Assembly: GCA_024226935.1 (NCBI GenBank)
Contig: JAAELK010000222.1
Coordinates: forward strand, 27,237 to 91,236
Length of the DNA: 64,000 nucleotides
DNA from: Desulfobacteraceae bacterium
GTDB taxonomy: Bacteria > Desulfobacterota > Desulfobacteria > Desulfobacterales > Desulfobacteraceae
Direction: 5' to 3'
Below, piece after piece: positions 7,660 through 16,870 of this stretch (its first letter is position 1; every line of letters starts with the position of its first letter). A model generated the notes under the pieces. That model did no database searches. It was given only the letters and a program-made list of their open reading frames with translations, and was not told the DNA's origin. The position numbers and the translations under genes are program-made.

Positions 7660-10600
7660 ATGATTAATATTAACAAGGCGGCTAAACGAGAACTTGTCAA
7701 ATTAAAAGGGGTCGGTGCAATATCGGCCGAAAAAATTTCTGAATTTCGTAAGAAAGGTGGGGTAATAAACTCCATTTCCGAACTAAAAGTTATTTGTAAT
7801 ATTCAGGAAAGATATGTGGAAGCACTCAAAAGTGAAATTGCTTTTTCCGATGTGAATGCTGAATTGGAAAAACCCCACGGACCCTGGCAAACCATAAATC
7901 CCGGTTTTGATAATTCCATGACGGATGTAAAATTTCATCTGTTTAATTTTAAAGTCAAATTCCAGGGACAAGATGATACCAACCTGCCTGATATTACTGG
8001 TTATCAATTAAGCGTCGGTTACAAAACAACAAGATCCCGTGCAAGAAGTAAAATATCTTATACTCAAAAAATTATAAATTATAATCTTGATAATTCATCC
8101 CATCTGGATATAGCCATACCAAAAACCAATCTTGCCGAAAACAGTTTTAATCTTATTCTTAAACGTCCCGATGGGGATCAAATTTATAACTCAACTCTCC
8201 AGATAGATGAAAACAAAGAAGTAATTATTAATCTTCCAGTTTTTGATAATGCAAAACTTTTTGTTAAAATATTAAAGCAGCCCGGAGTTAATTATGAAGG
8301 TTATAAACTTGAGTATACCTTAAAAATAAACCGGGGCGGATCGGGCATCGATACCCGCAAAAAGAACCATGAATTTGCATCGGTGAATGAAATTGCCCTG
8401 GAATGGGACTGCTTTGGATCCATTGAAAATATAAATATAGAACTATTAAGTCCAAATGGAGAACAAATCCTTGAACTGGACAAAACCCTGGAAGAGATTG
8501 AGACGGTTAATAACAAGAAAATTATTGAAATAAAATTACCCGAACCCGCAATAATTGATTACACGATACAGCTTGCAGAAGATATCAATTTGTTAACCAA
8601 CCCCTACCTTGACCACAAAATCATTCTTACCTTTGATCTGATTAATCCCCAAACCCTTAATTTTATCAAACGAATAAGTCGTTCATTTGATATTGATTCA
8701 AAGGGGCGGGCAAAAATAGTTTTTAATCACTACGCCCTTGTTGAGATGATGTCCCTAGAAGTAAAAGCACCGGGGGGAGAAATTATAAGTAAAAAAGAGA
8801 TCGCCCATGATGAGATAATCCCCAGTGGTGAGGTCAAAATCAATGTTCCTCCCCGGAAGATAAGTCTTGCCCAAAATATTGAAAAAATGCCGGAACGCCC
8901 AAAAAAAACAACATGCAGGGTTATCGACGCCGACGGGGGAAAAAAATTTACAGATGTCCAGGTAATCATTTATACAGCCACCAGGCAAAACCCTGAAGAA
9001 GACGATTTCAAGGCACTGATTATCAACCGCACTGAAACCAACGGCTATTTTATTATCGATACTCCCCAGGATTATTTTACTGGAGCCTTTGCACGAATCG
9101 GCATTCCGGGAAAAGAATATACCCATGGCAAAACAATTGATGTTCCTGTTCTCTTGGATGAAGACAATGTTATAATTATTACAAACGGTGAACCTGTTAT
9201 CAGCAAAAAACTATTTTTCCCGGCATCAATAATCCTAGTAGTCGATTCCGACCTTGAAGATGTTGAGGAATGTAATAAAAACAATTGTAACGATCTGAAT
9301 TTCCATAAACATAAAAAAATCATAGATGAGTTTTCTTATTATACTGTGGTAAGAACCACGGAACCTTCAATCCAGGGTTATACCCTTGAAGAAGATGCCC
9401 AGATGACTGTGGCTCAAATTTTAGATATCATACCATTATCTTCACAAAGCGATGGCAAAAAGATAAGTATCCCATTTGAACTTCATCAAAAAAATATTCG
9501 TAAAAATATTCTTCTCAAACATATCAATGACAAAAAAGGCCTGACACCGACTACCTTGATAAAAGCCATCAATGAAAGCGACGCACAAAAACTTCGCCAG
9601 GAGATAAAACCTGCTGCAAAAATCAAAGCCATCGGGCGGCACACTTTAGATATGGACAATGCCATCGACTGGGACAAGGATCCTACAATTTACCAGGCAA
9701 CAACACTTTCCCACGGGCATCTTTTGCAATACAAACAAGAATGGGTCAATGACGGCTACTCCATGGGAGATCTTTTATATAGCCTTCCCTTGGCTCCCGG
9801 ACAAAAAAAACAAATAGTTGTCCTTGATTGGGAACGCCGCGAAACAGCAAGCCGGGAAGAATCCCAGGAATATAACGAGCAATTGAATAATTTCCTGGGT
9901 AAAGACAGGGATGTGAGTGAAGTGGTATTTGGGATACTCAATGAAAACACGGCCGGAGGATCATCTGCAAGAACTTCTTCGGCAAGTGGCGGCCTAGGTC
10001 TTGGTTTTGCCGGTGAAAAATTCAGTGGCGTACTTGGAGTTTCCGGAGGCGCAAGCAAGGCAAGTTCCCATGCATGGCAGGATTCTTCACGATCTTTATC
10101 CTTAAATGATCTTCAGCAGATCAGGGATAAAACCATACAATCGGCCAATGCAACACGGGGTCAGCGTTCCACAGTAGTACAAAGCGCAGGCCAGGCGGAA
10201 AGATTCGCCGTTGAAACAGAAGTGGTTGCCAACCACAATCATTGCCATTCGCTGACCATACAATATTTTGAAGTCCTGCGGCACCTGAATGTCAACCAGC
10301 GGCTTTCAAGCGTCCAGGAATGTTTGTTTATTCCATTGATAATGTCCTCTTTTGATAATCCAAAAATTCTCAGGTGGAGGGAGAGTCTTTATAACCATAT
10401 ATACCCAAGTTACCTGCGCAGGGGTTTTAGCGCAATTGACCGCATTGAACATGATTATGAGGGCAGCGACCTTCCAGAGGGCAGTTTTGCAGATGCCGAT
10501 CTCATCAGCCTTGAAGGACATCTTTATATTAAATTTGAAATACCCTCACCAATAGATTTGGCTACCCATCAAACCCAGGCAGATCTTCTTGCAGCCTATG

Positions 10601-13104
10601 AAAATTTAGGCTTTTTCGGAGATATAATCGTTAGGAACCTGATTCGTATTTTTGAGGCCGAGGCAGAAAAAAAGATCGAGATATTTAATAAATATATTGC
10701 CCCGGAAATTGCGGCGGCCATTGTGGAATATCTGGATTTTCACGCCATAACTAAAGATGGGACAAGTATACATCTTCCCATTGATACCTCTCTTATATCA
10801 AAATTTCAAAACAATAAGAATTTATACCTTACATTACACCAGGATGAAGAAATATCAGGATTAAGCAGAAATAATATCAAAGCCATTACCATCGATAAAA
10901 TTGCTTCTATTACCCTGGGAAATGGTAAAACACTTGGTGAAGCTCTTCCCGACAACACAAAGGTGATAATCAGTTCCGGAACGCTTTCCTACAGCAGTGA
11001 GTATAACTCCGGTAATATTTTCAAAAAATCCCGGATTAATGATGACCTTATCGGATACAGCGGAATCGGAGACGATAATGAAAAGGTGAGAATAAGCACT
11101 CCTCTTTCCCGGCAGGAAAGACATAATCCCCGGAAAAAAGATCTGGAACTTGCCAATAGCCTCCATGACCATTTGAATGATAATATTGAATATTATCATA
11201 AGGTTATCTGGACAAAAATGAGTGCTGAACGTCGATTCATGCTTTTAGACGGTATTCAAGTGACAGATTACTCAGAACAAAAAAATTATCCCGGAGGCGT
11301 CATAAGAAGTGTTTCTTCGGTGGTTGAAAACAGAATTATCGGTATTGTAGGCAATAGCCTGGTTATGCCTGTATCTCCCGGTATGCGCCTTGATCCCAAT
11401 ACCAGGGGCAATGAAGTTGATCTGATCTCCCTTTACAAACCATTGACTCCCGGAGAACCGATCCATGTCAGCCTGCCGACCAAAGGGGTATTTGCAGAAG
11501 CGGTCCTTGGAACCTGTAATAGTTGTGAGCACAAAGAAGATGACAGGTTCTGGAGGTGGAGCGAAGATCCCATCCCTGATTCACCGACTGCCATAAACGC
11601 AGTTGATACCGGTTCCAGAAGAACAGATCCCCTTGATACCACACCTTCTGTCATGGCAACCCCCGTTGTAAACATACAAAATTCACCAACCATTCCCGAT
11701 CCTTCAGGAATGGCCGCCATGAACAGCCTGCTTGGCAAATCTTCATTTACAGATATCACAGGGCTTGATCAAAATCAAAAGAACGCATTGGCAGCCCTGA
11801 CAGCATCATACGATGCAACCAAGTTCATGGCAGGAAAAGCCGCCGATATGTCATCGCTTAACAATCAGCTTGAATCGATTAAAAAGGCTAAATCAAACAA
11901 TTTAATTTCAGATGAAAAAGCAAAGAATCTCACGGAATCGGCCATCAATAAGTCAATTCTTGGAACAAAAGATGAAAAATCAGCAAAACAGATGGATACA
12001 ACGGATGTGGGTAACCTTGCCCAGTCTGCCAATGCAAATGGGGTAGATCTTCTGGTTAAAAGACCATCGGGTGAAACAATCGAAGTTAAAAAACCAAGTT
12101 CCCAAACAGTAGAAGACAGCCTGGCAATGGTTACAATTAACCCGCTATCAGGCGATACGCGATCTTTCAAGCCATCAAAAAATGATAAAACAGGTGTAAT
12201 CAATCTTGAAGCAACCAAAAGCCCCACGGTTAAAGCCACCACATGGTACGTTGCATCGGGAATCGGCAATTTTACAGCTAAAAACAAATTAAAAACGGCT
12301 TTCCAGTGTCTGACACCGGGACTCCACAAATTATCAATTTTTGCCGGACAATATCACCACACAATCCCAATAAGCATTCCACAATTTGTTGAGGTTAAAG
12401 AAGATGCAGCCCTATTTAAAACAGCTCTTCAAACTTTGGGAGTATTCACTCTTAAAAAAGAGATACTTGCCCAGGCCAAAACAACCTGTGATCATATCCT
12501 GAAAACAACAAATGTAAGAACGGTATGGACAATATCAGGAGAAAAACTTCCGACCCACCTCTCTTCACAATATGTCACAATAGTAACATTTAAAGACACT
12601 GGCGCTAAGGGAGCTTTCGGTAAGGCACCGGTATTTCCAAACTATTTTTCATCCAAAGTATATAACGAAAAAATTGAAATCTATCCCGGTGGATATGTTC
12701 AGACTGTTCCCACCACAAGCTCGGTGACCCAGGAAATTCGTGCATTGGTTTCATATATAAAAAACCTTACAACAGTAACACAGGCTTTTGATGATTTTAC
12801 AGCACATTTTTTCGGAAGACTCATCGGTGAAACCATGGCCCATGAGATAATACATACTCTTCTTGGTCACGATGTACATTCTTCGACCCATAACACCCCG
12901 GCAATAGCAAACGACATCATGAATACCGGGGCCCAAAGAAATCTGCCTTCAAGAACAGGATATCAAATTGACATCATAAGTCTTCCCCTCAATGCAACGG
13001 AACAGGACTATTTTAATAAATTTATCGACAAGGGTTTATCCAAAGTCAATCACCTCACAAAAAAGAATCAGGATAAAATGGACAAAATTTTTCCTATTCT
13101 TTAA
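7660..13104 (+). CDS. Giant (1814 aa) multidomain orphan protein: N-terminal ComEA-like HhH, beta-sandwich repeats, conserved Gly/Ser-rich core, C-terminal HExxH zincin-like motif
   Basis: The ORF is uninterrupted, with a good SD (ggggggaaatATG). Motifs seen: 'LVKLKGVGAISAEKISEFRKKGG' (HhH), 'CRVIDADGGKKFTDVQVIIY...TETNGYFII' (CarboxypepD_reg-like) and 'ETMAHEIIHTLLGHD' (HExxH). Confidence 0.85.
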   Translation: MININKAAKRELVKLKGVGAISAEKISEFRKKGGVINSISELKVICNIQERYVEALKSEIAFSDVNAELEKPHGPWQTINPGFDNSMTDVKFHLFNFKVKFQGQDDTNLPDITGYQLSVGYKTTRSRARSKISYTQKIINYNLDNSSHLDIAIPKTNLAENSFNLILKRPDGDQIYNSTLQIDENKEVIINLPVFDNAKLFVKILKQPGVNYEGYKLEYTLKINRGGSGIDTRKKNHEFASVNEIALEWDCFGSIENINIELLSPNGEQILELDKTLEEIETVNNKKIIEIKLPEPAIIDYTIQLAEDINLLTNPYLDHKIILTFDLINPQTLNFIKRISRSFDIDSKGRAKIVFNHYALVEMMSLEVKAPGGEIISKKEIAHDEIIPSGEVKINVPPRKISLAQNIEKMPERPKKTTCRVIDADGGKKFTDVQVIIYTATRQNPEEDDFKALIINRTETNGYFIIDTPQDYFTGAFARIGIPGKEYTHGKTIDVPVLLDEDNVIIITNGEPVISKKLFFPASIILVVDSDLEDVEECNKNNCNDLNFHKHKKIIDEFSYYTVVRTTEPSIQGYTLEEDAQMTVAQILDIIPLSSQSDGKKISIPFELHQKNIRKNILLKHINDKKGLTPTTLIKAINESDAQKLRQEIKPAAKIKAIGRHTLDMDNAIDWDKDPTIYQATTLSHGHLLQYKQEWVNDGYSMGDLLYSLPLAPGQKKQIVVLDWERRETASREESQEYNEQLNNFLGKDRDVSEVVFGILNENTAGGSSARTSSASGGLGLGFAGEKFSGVLGVSGGASKASSHAWQDSSRSLSLNDLQQIRDKTIQSANATRGQRSTVVQSAGQAERFAVETEVVANHNHCHSLTIQYFEVLRHLNVNQRLSSVQECLFIPLIMSSFDNPKILRWRESLYNHIYPSYLRRGFSAIDRIEHDYEGSDLPEGSFADADLISLEGHLYIKFEIPSPIDLATHQTQADLLAAYENLGFFGDIIVRNLIRIFEAEAEKKIEIFNKYIAPEIAAAIVEYLDFHAITKDGTSIHLPIDTSLISKFQNNKNLYLTLHQDEEISGLSRNNIKAITIDKIASITLGNGKTLGEALPDNTKVIISSGTLSYSSEYNSGNIFKKSRINDDLIGYSGIGDDNEKVRISTPLSRQERHNPRKKDLELANSLHDHLNDNIEYYHKVIWTKMSAERRFMLLDGIQVTDYSEQKNYPGGVIRSVSSVVENRIIGIVGNSLVMPVSPGMRLDPNTRGNEVDLISLYKPLTPGEPIHVSLPTKGVFAEAVLGTCNSCEHKEDDRFWRWSEDPIPDSPTAINAVDTGSRRTDPLDTTPSVMATPVVNIQNSPTIPDPSGMAAMNSLLGKSSFTDITGLDQNQKNALAALTASYDATKFMAGKAADMSSLNNQLESIKKAKSNNLISDEKAKNLTESAINKSILGTKDEKSAKQMDTTDVGNLAQSANANGVDLLVKRPSGETIEVKKPSSQTVEDSLAMVTINPLSGDTRSFKPSKNDKTGVINLEATKSPTVKATTWYVASGIGNFTAKNKLKTAFQCLTPGLHKLSIFAGQYHHTIPISIPQFVEVKEDAALFKTALQTLGVFTLKKEILAQAKTTCDHILKTTNVRTVWTISGEKLPTHLSSQYVTIVTFKDTGAKGAFGKAPVFPNYFSSKVYNEKIEIYPGGYVQTVPTTSSVTQEIRALVSYIKNLTTVTQAFDDFTAHFFGRLIGETMAHEIIHTLLGHDVHSSTHNTPAIANDIMNTGAQRNLPSRTGYQIDIISLPLNATEQDYFNKFIDKGLSKVNHLTKKNQDKMDKIFPIL

Positions 13105-13143
13105 AAGTTGTTCTTTAAATAATTAATACAGCAAATAATAAGG

Positions 13144-13181
13144 CCGTGGGCTGATATGGTTCCACGGTTTTATTATTTTTT
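13144..13181. terminator. Rho-independent terminator between convergent genes
   Basis: The stem is ccgtgg-N12-ccacgg, followed by ttttattatttttt. Confidence 0.55.
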
Positions 13182-13220
13182 CCGGTTCATCGAAAAATTA
13201 TAAAAGCCTGAGGAAGCAGA

Positions 13221-14642
13221 TCATAATTTATCATAGCGTTTTTTAATCTTTCTTAAAAACGCTATGCCAATGTTTTTGCCTTCATCATCCATAGTGTTCT
13301 GGATGGCGGTGTGCAGTTTGCCGTCTATTATAGTTTTATAATAAGATTTAATATCGTCATTAGAAATGTCTTCGGGAGTTAAAATATTGTATAAAATAGA
13401 GTAGGCCCAGATGCCACTAGCTAATTTTGCTTCACGCTGGTAAGCTTGCCTTACCCACCATCCTCGCCCAACTTTTCCTTTTCTCCGTCGATCCTGGATA
13501 TATTTTACCAAGGGACGATCACGGGGGCTATCCTTGATTACAGGTGCCTTTTTGGATGGTACTATATTTCGATAATCATCGTCGTAAAATTTTTTGAAAG
13601 TATCACCACCCCATGATATTTGTCTGTCGATCAGAAAAGAGAACTTATAATCCACCCGGCCTATCTTATCAATATAGTCGCTGGCTTTATCTATAAACGG
13701 GTTAACTTGATCCATGAACCAATTAAACGAGTCTTGGTTATAAGCTTTATTTTCCTTATCCAATTCATCTCCCCTTGTCATTATTATATCTGTTCTGCCA
13801 ACGACTGGTATTATTGTTACACTGTGGGATATTTTTGCATCAGGATCACTTGAAATGTAAGCGCAGGCAACATTGGCTGCTGCATTATTAAGGCAGTAAG
13901 CAAGACCAGCATCCACGGGAAGATTGAACTCTTTTAAGGCTGCATAGGCTTCATAGGACTCATTCCATCTTCTTGTTATCTCTTTAATATCGGTAGGGGT
14001 ATGACCGTGTACATGATACTTTCTATGTTTATTATCAAGCTTTATATCTTTTCTACGTTTTCTTATTTTCTCGAAACTTGTTTTTTCCTCTCCTACATTA
14101 TTTTCATTTGTGTGTCTCGACCATATACGCGGTATAATCTTTTTAGATATACCTGCTTCATCCCTTTGAGCCTCGATTTTTAGATTTTTTGTTGTCAGGC
14201 CAGCATGGGTAATGACGTAGGTATGTTTGGTTCGTACATATATTCTTCCATTCCCTTTGTCTAACAGATACAAAAAACTTTTAAAAAAGTTGTTGAATAA
14301 ATTTGGCTTCTTGTTCAATTCCATGCAAACTGTGATTCCGCCGTTTGCACTCCAATTGTACCATTTATTACTATAATCACTTCCGGTGTCATTACAAATT
14401 TCAGCTAAAATTGCATTCAAAAGTAACGATTCGTGATTTCCCAAAACAAAATGGTACCTGGGATCGGATTGCATTTTTTTTGCGTATTTTATAACAACTT
14501 CTGCTGATTTTGATCCTCTGTCTATGAGATCTCCTACGCACACAACTTGATCATGCTCTCTTAGGTTTTTGTCTATATACTCCATGACTGCATTGTAAGC
14601 GTCAAGATTGCCGTGTATATCGCTAAATATATATATTCCCAT
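13221..14642 (-). CDS. Calcineurin-like metallophosphoesterase (PPP/ApaH-like) with a long uncharacterised C-terminal region
   Basis: 473 aa. Motifs seen: 'IYIFSDIHGN', 'VCVGDLIDRG', 'LGNHE' and 'HVHGHTP'. The C-terminal ~200 aa have no motif I recognise. Confidence 0.8.
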   Translation of the reverse strand: MGIYIFSDIHGNLDAYNAVMEYIDKNLREHDQVVCVGDLIDRGSKSAEVVIKYAKKMQSDPRYHFVLGNHESLLLNAILAEICNDTGSDYSNKWYNWSANGGITVCMELNKKPNLFNNFFKSFLYLLDKGNGRIYVRTKHTYVITHAGLTTKNLKIEAQRDEAGISKKIIPRIWSRHTNENNVGEEKTSFEKIRKRRKDIKLDNKHRKYHVHGHTPTDIKEITRRWNESYEAYAALKEFNLPVDAGLAYCLNNAAANVACAYISSDPDAKISHSVTIIPVVGRTDIIMTRGDELDKENKAYNQDSFNWFMDQVNPFIDKASDYIDKIGRVDYKFSFLIDRQISWGGDTFKKFYDDDYRNIVPSKKAPVIKDSPRDRPLVKYIQDRRRKGKVGRGWWVRQAYQREAKLASGIWAYSILYNILTPEDISNDDIKSYYKTIIDGKLHTAIQNTMDDEGKNIGIAFLRKIKKRYDKL

Positions 14643-15029
14643 GTTTGAGCCTTTTTTTTGTAAGTTTTTATAAACTAATTAAAATAATTACACTTTTCCC
14701 CTTTTGTGTAAATCATTTAACAATGATTAATTATTTAATAATTGTTTTTTTTATTTTATCACTTTTTTTTATATAAATGCTTGGTTTGATTGCAGTATAT
14801 GGGTATTCTTTTGAAAGTTCCGGCCCTATTTTTTTAATTTGTTTTTATTAATGGGGAGACAGGTTATGGAATTTTATCTTATCTTTGCATTGTAAAGTTT
14901 TAGGGTGTTGATTATGATGGAAAGCTAGTAGCAATACCACTAGGTAATTCGTACTTTTCTACCAAACGGAATATGGATTTCTGCATGATCATTAATAAAG
15001 TCAATGTATTTAACTGATGTTAAATAGGT

Positions 15030-15088
15030 ATGACATCACACTGCGCGTGATCATAATTATGTTCATGTAATTTAATTTACGCTCCTTA
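15030..15088. repeat. Inverted repeat, left arm (46-bp perfect core 15041-15086)
   Basis: The core ctgcgcgtgatcataattatgttcatgtaatttaatttacgctcct is the exact reverse complement of 16462-16507. Partial matches extend the repeat to about 57 bp. Confidence 0.9.
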
Positions 15089-15146
15089 GTGGGGGGAGTA
15101 GTCACTCCTCATCCATTAAAATCATGACGAGCATCATCAATACCGA

Positions 15147-16385
15147 TTATTGCCGTTGGTAAAACTCTCCAAGAAATTGAAAACTTTCGACCTCGGTTTC
15201 ATCCTGATTCAGAATAAGGTTAAAGGATTTACCAACATCAGATTCGAAATATGGACACTCCTTGTTGGTAAAAAGCTTTCTTTCTGTAAGATCCGGTATT
15301 AGTGTCCAGGTCCAGCCTGCTTCATTTTCCCATTGCATGGAATTACCGACCATGGAAATGGTACCTGTGTGCCATTCATTGGTGGGAGGTTGGCGAATAT
15401 ATTGTCCGAATACATCATTGAGCGAGAGTCCATCATCACCAACATCAACATAATCCGAACCGTTACCTGAAATTCCATGGGCTCCTGTGTATGGATAATG
15501 TGTTTTTTCGCAGTCTGCAAGTGTGGAAGTCAGTGGTTCATGGTTTTGAATCGCATCTGTGGCAACACACTTAAACACCTCCTCAGACGATCCGATATAC
15601 AGATTATCAATACCTCCGATATATTTTTGGGCACCTGCATTTAGGATGGCTGGCTGCAATGGGCTGTTATGAACCTGGCATGAGTTGAAATAAAGGACTT
15701 TGCTGTTTAATGTATCTAATGGCATATTCCGAAAGTCGTTATAAGATAATGTTCCATTGGAAACCATGATGCCGGTAGTGCTTCCATGGCCGATTCTGCC
15801 AAAGTATACCAGGTCATCGCATTCAAGCCAGTTTAGTATTGCAGATCTGTTTTCTGCATTTCCCAAAAGTACCTCCACGTTATATCCTGCATCTTCTGCT
15901 ACCCCAGCAGCAAAATTGATCCCGGCAACTGCTGTTTGTATTCCTGTCTCACATGTTGAAAACACCATCTCCACGGATTTATCAGGGCAACTTGCATAAA
16001 CTTCCACATCCCCCTGGGAATAGTCAGCTTCTGTTTCCAGATATTTTGTTTCAATAGAGATTACCTGGTAGGCATCATTGATGTCTATGCGTGTTGTTTC
16101 AAATAGATAGGTATGGTTGCTTAATATATACACAATCAAATGATCAGGGTCACCAGATGGTTTATATATGATTTTTACGTTTACCTTATAATGAAGATTT
16201 TCAGATAATTTTAAGTTGTCAGTGATAATTGATTCTATTTTATTGTCATCTATGGCTTTTGCATACTGGTAATGGGTTGGAAATATATTTATGGGTACAT
16301 CTGCCCATGCAATTGAACTTAAAGATAATACAAAAAACAGCGTGATAGCACTTTGCAACATTTTTGTTTTAAATGAATTTTTCAT
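15147..16385 (-). CDS. Secreted gingipain-like (peptidase C25 / caspase-fold) cysteine protease homologue with an uncharacterised C-terminal domain
   Basis: 412 aa with signal peptide 'MLQSAITLFFVLSLSSIAWA'. 'FGRIGHGSTTG...(about 30 aa)...LYFNSCQVHN' matches the His-Gly / Cys dyad spacing of C25 proteases. Confidence 0.55.
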   Translation of the reverse strand: MKNSFKTKMLQSAITLFFVLSLSSIAWADVPINIFPTHYQYAKAIDDNKIESIITDNLKLSENLHYKVNVKIIYKPSGDPDHLIVYILSNHTYLFETTRIDINDAYQVISIETKYLETEADYSQGDVEVYASCPDKSVEMVFSTCETGIQTAVAGINFAAGVAEDAGYNVEVLLGNAENRSAILNWLECDDLVYFGRIGHGSTTGIMVSNGTLSYNDFRNMPLDTLNSKVLYFNSCQVHNSPLQPAILNAGAQKYIGGIDNLYIGSSEEVFKCVATDAIQNHEPLTSTLADCEKTHYPYTGAHGISGNGSDYVDVGDDGLSLNDVFGQYIRQPPTNEWHTGTISMVGNSMQWENEAGWTWTLIPDLTERKLFTNKECPYFESDVGKSFNLILNQDETEVESFQFLGEFYQRQ

Positions 16386-16459
16386 TTTGCACCTTTTTTT
16401 ATTGTTTAATGGATTCTTGGATTCACTTAAACATTTAGGATAAATTCCCCATGAAATTC

Positions 16460-16518
16460 TTAGGAGCGTAAATTAAATTACATGAACATAATTATGATCA
16501 CGCGCAGTACGATGTCAT
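16460..16518. repeat. Inverted repeat, right arm (46-bp perfect core 16462-16507)
   Basis: Reverse complement of 15041-15086. Confidence 0.9.
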
Positions 16519-16870
16519 GCCACAGGTTGTCATGCATTGCTGATTGAACGGAGACCTATGGTGAATTTGTTCAGGTTAATTCGTTTGCATTCCTAAGCGG
16601 ATATAATTCCTCAAATGGATCAGCGAATTTGTCGCCCCTGCAAAAATGTAGTGATACTTTTTGCAGGAGGGCAGTAAATTTTGCAAGATCCATCTAAAGC
16701 AAATTGAAGTATCACCTCCGTTCTTTAGTGTTTGATTTTGTCATCTTTTGAGAGCCTTATCTTCAGAAGAATCGTTTATTGTTGCCCATAACGATGTGTA
16801 AGACTAAATAACTACAGAATATAAATATTACGCTAAGATTTATGATTTATTAGCTACCTACACAGACCTG

